Below, in pieces: positions 63,730 to 64,000 of a DNA stretch of 64,000 nt. A program made the position numbers and the translations under genes. The notes below the pieces were generated by a model. The model was not told the origin of the DNA. It saw only the letters and a program-made list of their open reading frames with translations, and did not search any database. The stretch is from Candidatus Saccharimonadia bacterium (GTDB taxonomy: Bacteria > Patescibacteriota > Saccharimonadia > Saccharimonadales > 2-12-FULL-41-12). How positions within the stretch are numbered: position 1 is the first letter of the stretch; every line of letters begins with the position of its first letter. The DNA lies in NCBI GenBank assembly GCA_963717365.1, contig OY970327.1, forward strand, positions 203,599 through 267,598, in the 5' to 3' direction.

Positions 63730-64000
63730 ATGAGCGATTACTTAACGGTCATCTTTTTCTCATTAATCGGCGGTTTATTTTCCCTTGCAGGTGGCATATT
63801 GCTGCTCAGCCGCAAAAATATCTCTGGCCTGCTTATTAAATACGCCACGCCCTTTGCCGCCGGAGCCCTGTTGGCGGCAGTATTTCTGGATTTGCTGCCG
63901 GAGGGAATTGAGGAAGGCCAGGCTGAAACAGTGTTACTAGCCGCCTTAGTTGGAATTTTACTTTTTTTTATTGCCGAACGATTTTTGCGCTGGTTCCATC
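63730..64000 (+). CDS. ZIP-family metal (zinc) transporter, 5' partial at the window edge
   Basis: MSDYLTVIFFSLIGGLFSLAGGILLL...PFAAGALLAAVFLDLLPE... is typical of ZupT/ZIP N-termini. The ORF is still open at 64000. Confidence 0.8.
   Translation, partial: MSDYLTVIFFSLIGGLFSLAGGILLLSRKNISGLLIKYATPFAAGALLAAVFLDLLPEGIEEGQAETVLLAALVGILLFFIAERFLRWFH

Overview
This is a gene-dense 64 kb chromosomal window. Hand-counted 120-nt samples range from 39 to 59% GC. I support about 62 protein-coding genes, one tRNA-Gln(CUG), two copies of a SAM-I-class riboswitch-like leader and two frameshifted genes. I saw no rRNA, CRISPR array, transposase, integrase, phage gene or recognisable defence system.

Gene content:
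- Housekeeping genes: KH-protein/trmD, sodA, purC, rarA, purB, metK, corA, typA.
- A complete bo3-type quinol oxidase operon (cyoABCDE), co-directional with a sensor kinase. NDH-2 and an FAD-linked oxidase lie nearby.
- Three ABC transporter genes and four VOC/glyoxalase-fold genes.
- Many N-terminally anchored, low-complexity surface proteins. These include a PKD/cadherin-like adhesin and a protein ending in a pilin-head-like domain.
- An accessory-looking stretch (about 42.6-51.6 kb) of small stress/detox-type genes that ends at the tRNA.

The LCP ligase, lipoboxes, patchy purine genes and pilin-like domain fit a small-genome monoderm lineage such as CPR/Saccharibacteria. That assignment is inference only.

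Best candidates for something new:
1. Two SAM-riboswitch-like leaders, one controlling a split two-ORF MetE and one controlling metK.
2. A cassette at 30.3-35.1 kb bracketed by two paralogous modules (small 2-TM protein plus stand-alone receiver). It holds a 3-gene operon with two ESAT-6/WXG100-like helical-hairpin proteins and a compact Kv-type channel.
3. An imperfect direct repeat of about 86 nt that carries the 3' end of tRNA-Gln and brackets a single hydrolase gene.
4. A tandem pair of divergent alpha/beta-hydrolase-like orphans abutting metK.
5. The respiratory module with its orphan kinase.

I could not tie any of these to a named, previously described multi-gene system. All functional readings of the orphan genes are hypotheses.
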